Shown piece after piece: positions 26,882 to 36,744 of a DNA stretch of 64,000 bases. The translations under genes were made by a program, and so were the position numbers. The stretch is taken from positions 49,981 through 113,980 of the IMG/VR virus record IMGVR_UViG_3300042896_000657; one strand, 5' to 3'. Origin of the DNA: a virus. A model generated the notes under the pieces. That model had not been told where the DNA came from. It saw only the letters and a program-made list of their open reading frames with translations, and ran no database searches. The first letter of the stretch is position 1. The number at the start of each line of letters is the position of its first letter.

Positions 26882-26981
26882 TGTGTTGTTCCCTTGAGAA
26901 AGGAAATATAAAGATTAGTGACATTACTTGAATTATGGAAAACATAATCGTACACTACAACACAGAGGACTTCTCATCCTC
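26882..26981 (+). ncRNA. structured spacer RNA with potential kissing loops
   Basis: TGTGTTGT/ACAACACA; loops TGAGAA and TTCTCA are complementary. Confidence 0.5.
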
Positions 26982-26986
26982 AACAT

Positions 26987-27109
26987 AGTCAGGTGGCGGA
27001 ATGGTAGACGCTAATGAATTGTCCTGAGATGAGACGATGCCTAACACCAGCAGAGACTTAATGGTGTCCGAGAAGATTAGGTGTACAGGTTCGAATCCTG
27101 TCCTGACTA
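26987..27109 (+). ncRNA. tRNA-Leu-scaffold RNA, copy 5
   Basis: Conserved termini; cargo stems ATGCCTAA/TTAGGTGT, ACACCA/TGGTGT. Confidence 0.8.
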
Positions 27110-27122
27110 CAAAAAATAAATT

Positions 27123-27236
27123 ATGAAAATTAGATTACGGACACAAAAAGAAAAGTTTTTTATAGGAAGTGTTATCATATTAGTAATTGCTGGTTTGAGT
27201 GTAGTAGTAACAATATTCTATTCTATATTAAAATAA
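27123..27236 (+). CDS. small single-TM protein (37 aa) between scaffold RNAs
   Basis: MKIRLRTQKEKFFIGSVIILVIAGLSVVVTIFYSILK*. Confidence 0.55.
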   Translation: MKIRLRTQKEKFFIGSVIILVIAGLSVVVTIFYSILK

Positions 27237-27242
27237 AAAAAT

Positions 27243-27400
27243 AGTCAGGTGGCGAAATTGGTAGACGCCTAATAAACTAACAAGTGAGGTAATTAGCACT
27301 TGGTTACGATGGGGAAAAATTCAAAGTAATGTTTTTTAGAAAAGTGAAAAGTAAGAAGTACAATGAAAATCATTTACAGGTTCGAATCCTGTTCTGACTA
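27243..27400 (+). ncRNA. tRNA-Leu-scaffold RNA, copy 6
   Basis: Conserved termini, longest cargo (about 107 nt). Confidence 0.78.
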
Positions 27401-27460
27401 CAATTTAAGGTTGGTTAATCACAATCCTTTTCATATATTAATATATAAGATAAAAAGGTT

Positions 27461-27739
27461 ATGAAATATACAGTCACATCAATTATTCCCCCACGTTTAT
27501 ATTCAGGATTGGATAATAAAACGTATGTTGTTCCTCAATGGATTGAGGTACCATCAAATACTAAACTTGAAGATATTAATTGGATTAAATTTATACCTAA
27601 ACCAAAACCAGTTATTATTGATAATGGTTATAACACTCGTTATGATGCTGTATCTAAAAAATATATATGTGGATGTCAAGGATATTGGAGAGCGAAAGGA
27701 TTATGTAAGCATGTTAAAGAATTAATGTCAAAACGATGA
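27461..27739 (+). CDS. SWIM zinc-finger protein
   Basis: CGCQGY...CKHV. Confidence 0.8.
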   Translation: MKYTVTSIIPPRLYSGLDNKTYVVPQWIEVPSNTKLEDINWIKFIPKPKPVIIDNGYNTRYDAVSKKYICGCQGYWRAKGLCKHVKELMSKR

Positions 27740-28008
27740 AAGAAACACTTAATCTTCAACCTATATCAATAGGTAAACAGCATCTTAATACAATATACCA
27801 ATCCGTTGAGACATCGTTGAATATAACGTTATCTAGCGCAGGTAAGCGTACAATACGTCGTGATATTGATAGATATCTTTTACTTTATGATAATAAAATA
27901 GATAGAGTATTAGAATACTTTTCTAATTATAGAGATAATATTAAAAAACTATATTTGGGATATAATGAAGAGGCTTTAAATGGTATTATTAAATATTTAG
28001 CAAAATGA
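27736..28008 (+). CDS. hypothetical protein
   Basis: ATGA-coupled ORF. Confidence 0.65.
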   Translation: MKETLNLQPISIGKQHLNTIYQSVETSLNITLSSAGKRTIRRDIDRYLLLYDNKIDRVLEYFSNYRDNIKKLYLGYNEEALNGIIKYLAK

Positions 28009-28174
28009 TTATAATAATGCAAAATACATTAGAGTATATGATACAATTATCAAAGACTCCAAACAATGATCCAGCAAATATTAGTAATAACATTGCTGAA
28101 TTATGGCATTATATTAAACCAGATAATGTAAGAGAAACAGCAGATGGAATTAGATACGTAAAATTAGAATTATA

Positions 28175-28414
28175 ATGGAAACACCAAAACCAACATTAGA
28201 AAGAGCTACATTTGAATTTAGTCAAGATGCTAATTGTCTTTCAGATCAAGATGATTTTGAAACTCTAATTATTGAAGCTCAAAGTTCATTAGGTATTGAT
28301 AGAGATGAGGATTGTTTCTTCATTTTAAAAACTGAAAAATGGTCCATTGATAGTGTTGAGGACTTGAAATTATTATTTGATAGAATTGAAAAAGTAATTA
28401 TAAATAAAAAATGA
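28175..28414 (+). CDS. hypothetical protein
   Basis: ORF. Confidence 0.7.
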   Translation: METPKPTLERATFEFSQDANCLSDQDDFETLIIEAQSSLGIDRDEDCFFILKTEKWSIDSVEDLKLLFDRIEKVIINKK

Positions 28415-28650
28415 TAACGCTAACACCAAAAGAAAAAGCAAAGGAATTAGTAAATACATTTTTAAGAACTTATAAGGTTAGTCTTTATCCTCCATTTACT
28501 AAAGCATCTGATGAAGCTAAAGAATGTGCATTAATAGCAGTTGATGAGATAATAAAAGAATTTGAAAATATTTTTTCAATATTTACCGATAAAAATTCTC
28601 CAAGATTAATTTATTGGCAACAAGTTAAACAAGAAATAGAAAAGTTATGA
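28411..28650 (+). CDS. conserved phage hypothetical (TPKEKAKEL...YWQQVKQEIEKL)
   Basis: Recognisable small phage family. Confidence 0.75.
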   Translation: MITLTPKEKAKELVNTFLRTYKVSLYPPFTKASDEAKECALIAVDEIIKEFENIFSIFTDKNSPRLIYWQQVKQEIEKL

Positions 28651-28943
28651 AAAACATTTTAGGAAAAACAGAGAATTTAACATTATTTGACAAGGATGGT
28701 AGATTATTGTATAATTTTTACAAAGGTTCAGATGGATATAGTTATGAAAGAACCTACGATTCAAATGGTAATGTGTTGACATTCAAAGATTCAACTGGAT
28801 ATAGTTCTGAGTACACTTATGATTCAGATGGTAAAGAATTAACATATAAAAATTCAACTGGATTTACACGAGGTTTTGACATTCCCGAATACACAATGGA
28901 GGAACTTGTAGAGAGATTAGGCAACTTTAAAATTAAGAAATAG
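28647..28943 (+). CDS. YD-like repeat protein
   Basis: Repeats of YDSxGxxLTxKxSTG. Confidence 0.75.
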   Translation: MKNILGKTENLTLFDKDGRLLYNFYKGSDGYSYERTYDSNGNVLTFKDSTGYSSEYTYDSDGKELTYKNSTGFTRGFDIPEYTMEELVERLGNFKIKK

Positions 28944-28950
28944 AAAAGTT

Positions 28951-29292
28951 ATGAGTAAATTAATACTAGGAATATTATTAGGATCATTAGCTCAAATAAT
29001 AACGTTCTTTCAATTTCAGGGACAATTCAAGATAGAATGGATGAAGAATAATCCATTCATTGTATCATTTTTAGGAATACCAATCGCTTATATATTCTTA
29101 CTATCAGTAAAACATATGGTATCATATTACGATGGACAATTATGGCCCAGTAGATTAATTGGATTTGGCATTGGAATGGTAATATTCATTGTAATGTCTA
29201 AATTATGGTTTAATGAAGATCTATCAGCTAAAACATTAGTATGTTTAGCATTATCTGTAGTAATTATATTAATTCAAATATTTTGGAAATAA
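28951..29292 (+). CDS. 4-TM membrane protein
   Basis: Four hydrophobic segments. Confidence 0.75.
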   Translation: MSKLILGILLGSLAQIITFFQFQGQFKIEWMKNNPFIVSFLGIPIAYIFLLSVKHMVSYYDGQLWPSRLIGFGIGMVIFIVMSKLWFNEDLSAKTLVCLALSVVIILIQIFWK

Positions 29293-29405
29293 TAAGTTGT
29301 AAGTATTACATTAATATGATATTTTACTTAATATTTTTAATATGTATCTGTATCACCAATAAAATCCTATTTGCTATTTAATATTAAATTTAGCGTTAGG
29401 TGTAT

Positions 29406-29921
29406 ATGATGATTAATAAATGTATAATAATCTTATTTATTCTGCTTCCTAGTCTAGGACTAGCACAGAACTCAACCCAGACTAATCAGTCAAAAGAACA
29501 ACAAACCAAAATTGAATATTTTAATCAAATAGTAGGAGTAGCATTAGATTATACTCCATCATCATTAAGACTACATGATTTTATATTTGACTGGATCGGT
29601 AAACCTTATCGATTTGGAGGAGAATCAAAAAAAGGTATTGATTGTTCAGCCTTAGTTAGAGAACTATATAGTAAAGTATTTGAAATATCTTTACCTAGAA
29701 GTTCAAAACAACAATTTAAATATACTGAATTAATTAATAAAAATGAATTACAAATAGGAGACTTAGTATTCTTTAAAATTAAAACCAAACAAATCAGTCA
29801 TGTGGGGGTGTATTTGGGAGAAGATAAATTCTTTCAAGCAAGTAATAGTGGAGTAACTATTTCATCACTACAACACCCGTATTGGAAAAAATACTACTAT
29901 AAAGGTGGTAGAGTAAATTAA
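29406..29921 (+). CDS. NlpC/P60 peptidoglycan endopeptidase
   Basis: GKPYRFGG, GIDCSA, GDLVFF, SHVGVY; signal peptide. Confidence 0.92.
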   Translation: MMINKCIIILFILLPSLGLAQNSTQTNQSKEQQTKIEYFNQIVGVALDYTPSSLRLHDFIFDWIGKPYRFGGESKKGIDCSALVRELYSKVFEISLPRSSKQQFKYTELINKNELQIGDLVFFKIKTKQISHVGVYLGEDKFFQASNSGVTISSLQHPYWKKYYYKGGRVN

Positions 29922-30089
29922 AATAATATGGAAGATTTAAAAAATAAAAACGATAAATTAGTTGACGAAGTACTTCACTTAGTAGATATAATTGAAGAAA
30001 GAGATAAAAAAATAGAAGAACTTGAGAATGAATTAAATAAAATAATTATCCCTAGTGGATCATCAGGATAAAATTAATATATTAATATT

Positions 30090-30722
30090 ATGAAATTAAA
30101 ATACGAAGATTCAGTACTTGAAAAGATTGTGGATTTTTTCTGGTACGATTGTAAACTATGGAAAATTAAAGATGTCTTAACTATAGGCATACCTAACTTC
30201 TTTAAAAACATTTGGCGTTTTCGTAAAGAACTATATCAACACCAATGGTGGGATTATCATTTCACATTACAAATGATGTATCGTTCCTTAAGTATTATGG
30301 TTGTTAAATTAGAGAAGGATGGCATTGAAATAGATTCACATCGCTTAAAAAAAGTTAATGCAATTAAAAGAGCATTAACAATACTTAAATCTAAAATTGA
30401 TGGAGATTATATTGAACGTGCTGAATTAAAATATGGAGAAATACATTTAAGACCATTTCAATTTGAACCTATAGAAAATAGTAATTTATATAGAATGGTT
30501 GATGATGATACTCCAGCAGAAAAGAAACATAATTCAAAGGTATATTCATATGCTAATAAATTAGAAGAAGATGAATGGAAAGAACTTTGGAAAATCTTTG
30601 AAGGTCAAGATATTAAACAATATTCTAAATTATTAAAATCAAAAACAAAAGAAGAACAACGAAATAATGATGTTTGGGGAGAATGGTTTGACGGATCAGG
30701 TATGAGAAGCTGGTGGGATTAA
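30090..30722 (+). CDS. conserved phage hypothetical
   Basis: WWD motifs, ORF after promoter motif. Confidence 0.75.
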   Translation: MKLKYEDSVLEKIVDFFWYDCKLWKIKDVLTIGIPNFFKNIWRFRKELYQHQWWDYHFTLQMMYRSLSIMVVKLEKDGIEIDSHRLKKVNAIKRALTILKSKIDGDYIERAELKYGEIHLRPFQFEPIENSNLYRMVDDDTPAEKKHNSKVYSYANKLEEDEWKELWKIFEGQDIKQYSKLLKSKTKEEQRNNDVWGEWFDGSGMRSWWD

Positions 30723-30845
30723 TCAGAATCCAAATCGTATATTAATGTATTAAATAAGAATAATATGAAAGATAAAAAAGATGAACTAATTGCATTAGTA
30801 TTATTTATTATTACTATGTTAATAGTAATTTGGATATTATAAGTA

Positions 30846-31318
30846 AAATAAAGGTTATGAAAATTACATTAAATAGAGGTCAGAAATTATGGTAGAATTT
30901 AAAGATTTATTAGGCAAAACACTTACAAAAATAGATATAGATCATGGTAAGGATACAATTACATTCCATTGTAATGATGAGACTGTATATCAACTATTTC
31001 ATCAACATGATTGTTGCGAATTAGTAACAATTGATGATATTGTTGGTGATTTAGAGGATTTACTTGAAAATCCAATTTTATTAGCTGAAGAAGTCTCAAA
31101 CTACGAACCAACTTCTGAAGAAGATATTAAAAGAACCAAAGAAATAAATGTATGGGGTTCATGTACTTGGACATTCTATAAATTAGCAACTGTAAAAGGA
31201 TATGTCGATATTAAATGGTTTGGTGAATCGAATGGATACTATAGTGAATCTGTAGATTTTAAACAATTGTAAATAAAGGTTATGAAAATTACATTAAATA
31301 GAGGTCAAAAATTATGGT
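30846..31318 (+). repeat. 48-bp direct repeat (30846-30893, 31271-31318) flanking one gene
   Basis: AAATAAAGGTTATGAAAATTACATTAAATAGAGGTCARAAATTATGGT, one mismatch. Confidence 0.9.
30889..31272 (+). CDS. conserved phage hypothetical (HxxDCCE...SNGYYS)
   Basis: Recognisable phage family motifs. Confidence 0.8.
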   Translation: MVEFKDLLGKTLTKIDIDHGKDTITFHCNDETVYQLFHQHDCCELVTIDDIVGDLEDLLENPILLAEEVSNYEPTSEEDIKRTKEINVWGSCTWTFYKLATVKGYVDIKWFGESNGYYSESVDFKQL

Positions 31319-31920
31319 TCACTAGTGATACACACTACAACCATTCAAACATCTGTTCATCCACTACTCAATGGACTGATCCTGTAACTTGTAGAGAATT
31401 TAAATCATTAGAATATATGAACACTACATTGGTAAATAATATCAATGAAGTAGTAGGTCAAGATGATATTTTATTCCATTTAGGTGATTGGTCATTTGGT
31501 GGCTTTGAATTCATCCAATTATTCAGAGATCAAATAGTATGTCGTAATGTTCATATCATCACTGGTAATCATGATCATCACATCGAGAGAAACAGAGATA
31601 ATATTAAATCAATATTCAGTTCAGTAAACAAATATTTGGATTTAGATGTAAAGTGGGATGCTGGTAAGCAGAGATTCGCTTTAATGCACTTTCCAATCGC
31701 AAGTTGGGATAATATGGCTAGAGGTGCTATTCATTTACATGGTCATGTTCACTTTGAAGCTAATGCAAGAATTGGAGTTGGTAAGATGATGGATGTGGGA
31801 TGTGATGGAAACGGATTATACCCAATTGAAATGAATGAAGTATTAAGATTAATGAATAAACAACCAATCAAAAGTATGTTTAAATTTGATCATCATGAGA
31901 TTGTTGAAAATTATAAATAA
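31282..31920 (+). CDS. calcineurin-like phosphoesterase
   Basis: SDTH, HLGD, GNHD, HLHGHVH. Confidence 0.9.
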   Translation: MKITLNRGQKLWFTSDTHYNHSNICSSTTQWTDPVTCREFKSLEYMNTTLVNNINEVVGQDDILFHLGDWSFGGFEFIQLFRDQIVCRNVHIITGNHDHHIERNRDNIKSIFSSVNKYLDLDVKWDAGKQRFALMHFPIASWDNMARGAIHLHGHVHFEANARIGVGKMMDVGCDGNGLYPIEMNEVLRLMNKQPIKSMFKFDHHEIVENYK

Positions 31921-31921
31921 T

Positions 31922-32332
31922 ATGAATACAATTATATTTCTTCGTGGACTTCCAGGCTCTGGAAAGTCAACATTCGCTAATTATATGTTTTCAAATAATA
32001 TATTTGAAGCAGATCAATACTTCTATGATGAGGATCGAAATTATAATTTTGATGCTTCTAAATTATATGAAGCTCATAAATGGTGTCAACTTAGAGTTGA
32101 ACATGCTATGGAAGATAACTTAGAATCTAATGGTATGTATTTTTCAGAAATTGTAGTATCTAATACATCAACAACAGAGAAAGAATTAGAACCATATTTG
32201 AAATTAGCTAAAAAATATGATTATCAAGTTGTATCATTAATAGTGGAGAATAGACATGGTAACAAATCAGTTCATAATGTGCCTGAAGAAACATTATTAA
32301 GAATGAAGAATAGATTTTCAATAAAGTTGTAG
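31922..32332 (+). CDS. AAA_33/polynucleotide-kinase-like P-loop protein
   Basis: LRGLPGSGKST, EADQYF, VSNT, HNVPEE. Confidence 0.88.
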   Translation: MNTIIFLRGLPGSGKSTFANYMFSNNIFEADQYFYDEDRNYNFDASKLYEAHKWCQLRVEHAMEDNLESNGMYFSEIVVSNTSTTEKELEPYLKLAKKYDYQVVSLIVENRHGNKSVHNVPEETLLRMKNRFSIKL

Positions 32333-32381
32333 TATCATAATTTATTCCGTATATTAAGGTATAATAATTAAAATAAAGGTT

Positions 32382-32738
32382 ATGAAATATAATAAACAAG
32401 ACATTATTCAGTTAATTGAAGATAGAATATTATCAGAATATAAAAAACATTCAGCATCATTACCTAATGAGTGGGCTAAAATAGCAGCTTATAAAATTTA
32501 TAAATCAATTTCAGATAAAGAGGAAATTGGGTTACTACAAATAGAGCTTAACCACACTAAAACACTTTTGCAAAGTTGTGAAAAAGCATTAGAAGAAAGG
32601 GATAATCAAGATGAAAGAATGTATAGTGATGAAGAAGTAATGAATGCTTTACATAGTGTAGAGTTAAAGTACAACAAAGACTTTACTAAAATCTATGAGG
32701 GTATGAAAGAATGGTTTGAACAATTTAAAAAGAAATAA
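32382..32738 (+). CDS. modular hypothetical protein
   Basis: Shares C-terminal module with 34916..35227. Confidence 0.7.
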   Translation: MKYNKQDIIQLIEDRILSEYKKHSASLPNEWAKIAAYKIYKSISDKEEIGLLQIELNHTKTLLQSCEKALEERDNQDERMYSDEEVMNALHSVELKYNKDFTKIYEGMKEWFEQFKKK

Positions 32739-32741
32739 GAT

Positions 32742-33350
32742 ATGATAGATAATTTAGAATTAATAAAACCATTACTCAACTTCGATAACGAAGATGATTT
32801 CTATATGTTATATATTTTTAAACGCAAGAAGGATCAAACTGAAGGCGAGAGAGATAATCATCAATCAGTAAGAACTATACGTTCATATTGTATTTCTAGT
32901 ATTGAACAACTAGAGAAACGATATGATGAGATTATCCAATTATGTGAAATGTTTAAAGCAAGAGCATATATTCATATCCAAAAACAAAATCATAAAGATG
33001 TATCTTTAGATATGATGGTTGATCTTGCTCAACGAATTAAAAGCGGACAACATCAACAACAAAATCTATTTGATTCAGTAGTTGGTCAAATGAAAACATA
33101 TGAGAAAAGATGGATTGTTGATATTGATACTAAAGATGAAGATATTATTTTAAATATAAGATATACTATCAATACAATCCGACCTGAAGGTTTAAAAATA
33201 CATCGTACTATTCCAACTAAAAATGGAGTTCATCTTATTACTGATAGATTTGATATTCAGGAATTTAAAAAAATATATCCAGAAATCGATATCCAAAAGA
33301 AAAATCCAACTCTATTATATTATCCTGATTCGTTGGATATTCAGGATTAA
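32742..33350 (+). CDS. conserved phage protein, AEP/primpol-like motifs (tentative)
   Basis: WIVDID and TKNGVHLI motifs. Confidence 0.55.
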   Translation: MIDNLELIKPLLNFDNEDDFYMLYIFKRKKDQTEGERDNHQSVRTIRSYCISSIEQLEKRYDEIIQLCEMFKARAYIHIQKQNHKDVSLDMMVDLAQRIKSGQHQQQNLFDSVVGQMKTYEKRWIVDIDTKDEDIILNIRYTINTIRPEGLKIHRTIPTKNGVHLITDRFDIQEFKKIYPEIDIQKKNPTLLYYPDSLDIQD

Positions 33351-33385
33351 TTACTTATATTTAAGTATAATAAGAAATAAAGGTT

Positions 33386-33586
33386 ATGAGTAAAGAAATC
33401 GAACAACTCCAACAAGAAATTATAGATAATTTAAAAGAACAACTTGATATTAATCAAAATATAATATTAAATCAAGATAAATTGATTTCAAAATATGAAA
33501 AACAATTACAACTATGTTATGCTCATATTGATAATCAAAAAGAAATTATAAGTCAATTTACTGAAATTATAAGTCAATTTTACTAA
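33386..33586 (+). CDS. coiled-coil hypothetical protein
   Basis: ORF after promoter motif; 21-bp tandem duplication at 3' end. Confidence 0.6.
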   Translation: MSKEIEQLQQEIIDNLKEQLDINQNIILNQDKLISKYEKQLQLCYAHIDNQKEIISQFTEIISQFY

Positions 33587-33750
33587 TGAGAAAAAAAGCG
33601 AGAAAAAAAGCACCGAATAAAACAGTTCAAAGACTATTAGATGAAATAGATAAAGATCCATGGTATATAAAACTAAAACGATGGTTTAGATTACAAATAT
33701 GGGTTTGGAAATGCTTAACTAGAAAATATAATATATTTAAAAAGAAATAA
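33586..33750 (+). CDS. small basic hypothetical protein
   Basis: TAATG-coupled 54-aa ORF. Confidence 0.5.
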   Translation: MRKKARKKAPNKTVQRLLDEIDKDPWYIKLKRWFRLQIWVWKCLTRKYNIFKKK

Positions 33751-33753
33751 AAT

Positions 33754-34872
33754 ATGGAAAATAATAATTCAGTTTGCTACGTTGCAAAAATAAATGAAAT
33801 TAAATCTATTGAGGGTGCTGATAATATTGAATTAGCAGTAATTGGAGGATGGAATTGTATTACTAAAAAAGGAGAATACAAAGTAGATGATTTAGTAATT
33901 ATAGCTACTACTGATGCTATTATCCCTCAAAATCTATCAGACGCAATGAATGTAACTAATTACTTACGTAAAGGTGGACGTGTACGTACTGTTAAATTAA
34001 AAGGAGTATATAGTGAATGTTTAATCATCCCTAATAAATTTATATTTACAGAATATTACAAAGAAGGAAGCGATATGATGGATAAATTAAGTATCCATAA
34101 ATACGAACCACCGGTTAAACAAATTCAATTAGCATCAGGCCGTAAGATTAAATATAAGGATAATCCTAACTTCCATGTATATTATAAGTTCCCTAATTTA
34201 AAGAATGTTGATGGAATGTTTACTGTAAATGATATGGTAGAAATCACCCGTAAGATTCATGGTACTAATGCTCGTTATGGTATTGTAAAGAAAACTAAAT
34301 TATCATTATTAGATAAAATTAAAAAATTCTTTGGAAATAAATGGATTGAATATGAATTTATTGTTGGATCCCATAATGTTGAAAAAGGATCTGAATCACA
34401 AGGATTTTATGATACTAACGTTTGGTATGATATTGAAAAGAAATATAATATTAAATCTAAATTATGGAATTGGGTTAGAAGACATAACCCTATAGATATA
34501 GGTGAAGGTATAGTATTATATGGAGAAATATATGGTCCAGGTATCCAAAAAAATTATGATTATGGATTAGATGAGATTAAATTTGCTGGGTTTGATATAA
34601 AGATGAATGGAGAATATCTAAATGTAATCAGAGCTAATTTTATAATTACTCAACCCTTATCACTACCATATGTTGAAATATTACATAGAGGTGTATGGTC
34701 TCAAGAGATACAAGATAAATTCACATTCAATAACTTCATTCCAGGAACTAAAGTACCTGAAGAAGGAATTGTAATTAAACATGTGTCTGGTGAACGCCAA
34801 AGAATAGCTAAAGTCATTAATCCAGACTATAGTATATATAGTGAAAAACATAATGTTGGGGATAGCCACTAA
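33754..34872 (+). CDS. RNA ligase, DRB0094/Rnl2-like family
   Basis: N-terminal IEGADNIE OB domain; KIHGTN, GEIYG, FDI, EGIVIK, K motifs. Confidence 0.9.
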   Translation: MENNNSVCYVAKINEIKSIEGADNIELAVIGGWNCITKKGEYKVDDLVIIATTDAIIPQNLSDAMNVTNYLRKGGRVRTVKLKGVYSECLIIPNKFIFTEYYKEGSDMMDKLSIHKYEPPVKQIQLASGRKIKYKDNPNFHVYYKFPNLKNVDGMFTVNDMVEITRKIHGTNARYGIVKKTKLSLLDKIKKFFGNKWIEYEFIVGSHNVEKGSESQGFYDTNVWYDIEKKYNIKSKLWNWVRRHNPIDIGEGIVLYGEIYGPGIQKNYDYGLDEIKFAGFDIKMNGEYLNVIRANFIITQPLSLPYVEILHRGVWSQEIQDKFTFNNFIPGTKVPEEGIVIKHVSGERQRIAKVINPDYSIYSEKHNVGDSH

Positions 34873-34915
34873 TGTGAGCTACCCCAATTAATATCGTATA
34901 TTAGTGATATAGATA

Positions 34916-35227
34916 ATGAAAAATAAACTAATGGAAAAAGAACAACAAAAACAACATCTTATTGATATGATGAGGGATGATGAGAATCTAGGATTGTATG
35001 AAAATTGGGTTGAAGATGCTGAAAAAGAATCCAACCTATCAGATTTAAACGATAAAGCCAATATTTTTTGGAGTGGATTTAGAGTGGGTGTTAAATCTAA
35101 AGAAAGAATGTATAGTGATAAAGAAGTAATGAATGCTTTACATAGTGTAGAGTTAAAGTACAACAAAGACTTTACTAAAATCTATGAGGGTATGAAAGAA
35201 TGGTTTGAACAATATAAAAATAAATAA
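34916..35227 (+). CDS. modular hypothetical protein
   Basis: Shares C-terminal module with 32382..32738. Confidence 0.7.
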   Translation: MKNKLMEKEQQKQHLIDMMRDDENLGLYENWVEDAEKESNLSDLNDKANIFWSGFRVGVKSKERMYSDKEVMNALHSVELKYNKDFTKIYEGMKEWFEQYKNK

Positions 35228-35228
35228 T

Positions 35229-35402
35229 ATGAAAAAATACTATATAGAAGTAATAGGAGCAAGTAAAGAATTATATACTGTAAAAGCAGACAACATGTTA
35301 ACCAAATCAGATGGCTGTTATGTATTTTATGATGAATATGGATCTATAATAGCATCATATCCAATTGATAAAAGTATAATTAAATCTATTGAAACAAAAT
35401 AA
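35229..35402 (+). CDS. hypothetical protein
   Basis: ORF; second ATG chosen. Confidence 0.6.
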   Translation: MKKYYIEVIGASKELYTVKADNMLTKSDGCYVFYDEYGSIIASYPIDKSIIKSIETK

Positions 35403-35464
35403 TAGTTGCTATGTCATAATTAATATCGTATATTAAGGTATAATAATTAAAATAAATAAAGGTT

Positions 35465-36316
35465 ATGAAAAACATACACTTAATATCAACGGACAAACCA
35501 AGTAGGTTGTGGACTAATAATCTAAAGAGAAGATTAGTATTAGATGAATTTCCCTCTCAACATCCAACCAATATTGCAAAAAACATCTACATCACATCTG
35601 ATGAAGAAATTAAAGAAGGAGATTGGTGCTTAGATATTTTTTTACAAGCTATATTTCAAGCAAATAGTTTTATGGGTATAAAAACTAAAAACACAGCAAG
35701 AAAAATCATTCTAACAACAGACCAAGACTTAATCAAAGATGGTGTTCAAGATATTAATGATGAATTTTTAGAATGGTTTGTTAGGAATCCAAGTTGTGAA
35801 AGTGTTGAGGTTATTAAAGATTTATTTCAAGTAAATCAAAACAATCCTGTATTAAAAGGAAGTACAGCATTAGTAAAACAACATAAAATCATCATTCCAC
35901 AAGAAGAACCTAAACAAGATTTAGAAAAAGAAATGTTTGAGTTAGAACAGGAACTTGATATACCATCATCTATGAGATGGCACAATTCTAAACCTAAACA
36001 AGAAATCAAATTAGAAGATATTTTTAATGATGAAAAGAAACAAGGTGTAAAAGATTTGATTGATGCACATAAACAAGAAACACTTGAAGAAGTAGCTAAA
36101 TCAGAAGCATTTGAATTTAGTGTTGATTATAAACCATGGGAAACAGATTTAGATTATAGAGAATATGCTGAATATGGCTTTGAGAAGGGTTTTATAGAAG
36201 GTGCTAAATACCAAGCTAAAGGAATGTATAGTGAGAAAGAAGTATTAGCAATGTTATTAATTAAGCACAATGGTTTAACTCCACAATATGTTTTAGAACA
36301 ATTTAAAAAGAAATAA
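35465..36316 (+). CDS. modular hypothetical protein (KQE repeats, MYSE module)
   Basis: KIILTTDQDL, KQETLEE, MYSEKEV...EQFKKK. Confidence 0.75.
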   Translation: MKNIHLISTDKPSRLWTNNLKRRLVLDEFPSQHPTNIAKNIYITSDEEIKEGDWCLDIFLQAIFQANSFMGIKTKNTARKIILTTDQDLIKDGVQDINDEFLEWFVRNPSCESVEVIKDLFQVNQNNPVLKGSTALVKQHKIIIPQEEPKQDLEKEMFELEQELDIPSSMRWHNSKPKQEIKLEDIFNDEKKQGVKDLIDAHKQETLEEVAKSEAFEFSVDYKPWETDLDYREYAEYGFEKGFIEGAKYQAKGMYSEKEVLAMLLIKHNGLTPQYVLEQFKKK

Positions 36317-36317
36317 T

Positions 36318-36524
36318 ATGAGTACAAATTCAATAAACAGAACTAATGACGAGGAAATAATCGACATTATGAACAGTATTTTATCAAATGGTAATATGCA
36401 AGTAGAAACAATTAACGAAGCCATTTTGGTTAAATTAATGGAACTACGAGGCACTCCAATAAAATACAGTAAAACATTAAGAAATATTGACGAGGATTAT
36501 GAGCGTTGGCAAAATGGCTTATAA
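36318..36524 (+). CDS. hypothetical protein
   Basis: ORF. Confidence 0.6.
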   Translation: MSTNSINRTNDEEIIDIMNSILSNGNMQVETINEAILVKLMELRGTPIKYSKTLRNIDEDYERWQNGL

Positions 36525-36583
36525 CTCATTGCAAACCGAACCTTTATATCGCATAGCCACTCACTAACCAAACTTAAAAAAAA

Positions 36584-36742
36584 ATGGAAAAGCAAATTGA
36601 AAATGTGTTTGTCGAAATAGATGGTAATCTCATACCTATAAGAGAACTATCAAAGAGTCAATATGAGACATTCTTAGAAATTATACACCGAATAAGATTA
36701 GCTTATATAACAACAATTGATAAACCCACTAACCAAACTTAA
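36584..36742 (+). CDS. small hypothetical protein (52 aa)
   Basis: Follows CACTAACCAAAC leader repeat. Confidence 0.5.
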   Translation: MEKQIENVFVEIDGNLIPIRELSKSQYETFLEIIHRIRLAYITTIDKPTNQT

Positions 36743-36744
36743 AA

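Larger units (their letters stand above)
32613..35227 (+). repeat. 126-bp near-identical repeat pair (32613-32738, 35102-35227)
   Basis: Encodes ERMYSD...WFEQxKxK*; three mismatches. Confidence 0.9.

Noticed and set aside
32613-35227. Diversity-generating retroelement TR/VR pair
   Set aside because: Only three mismatches, not all at adenines of one copy; both copies are coding and no reverse transcriptase is present in the window.
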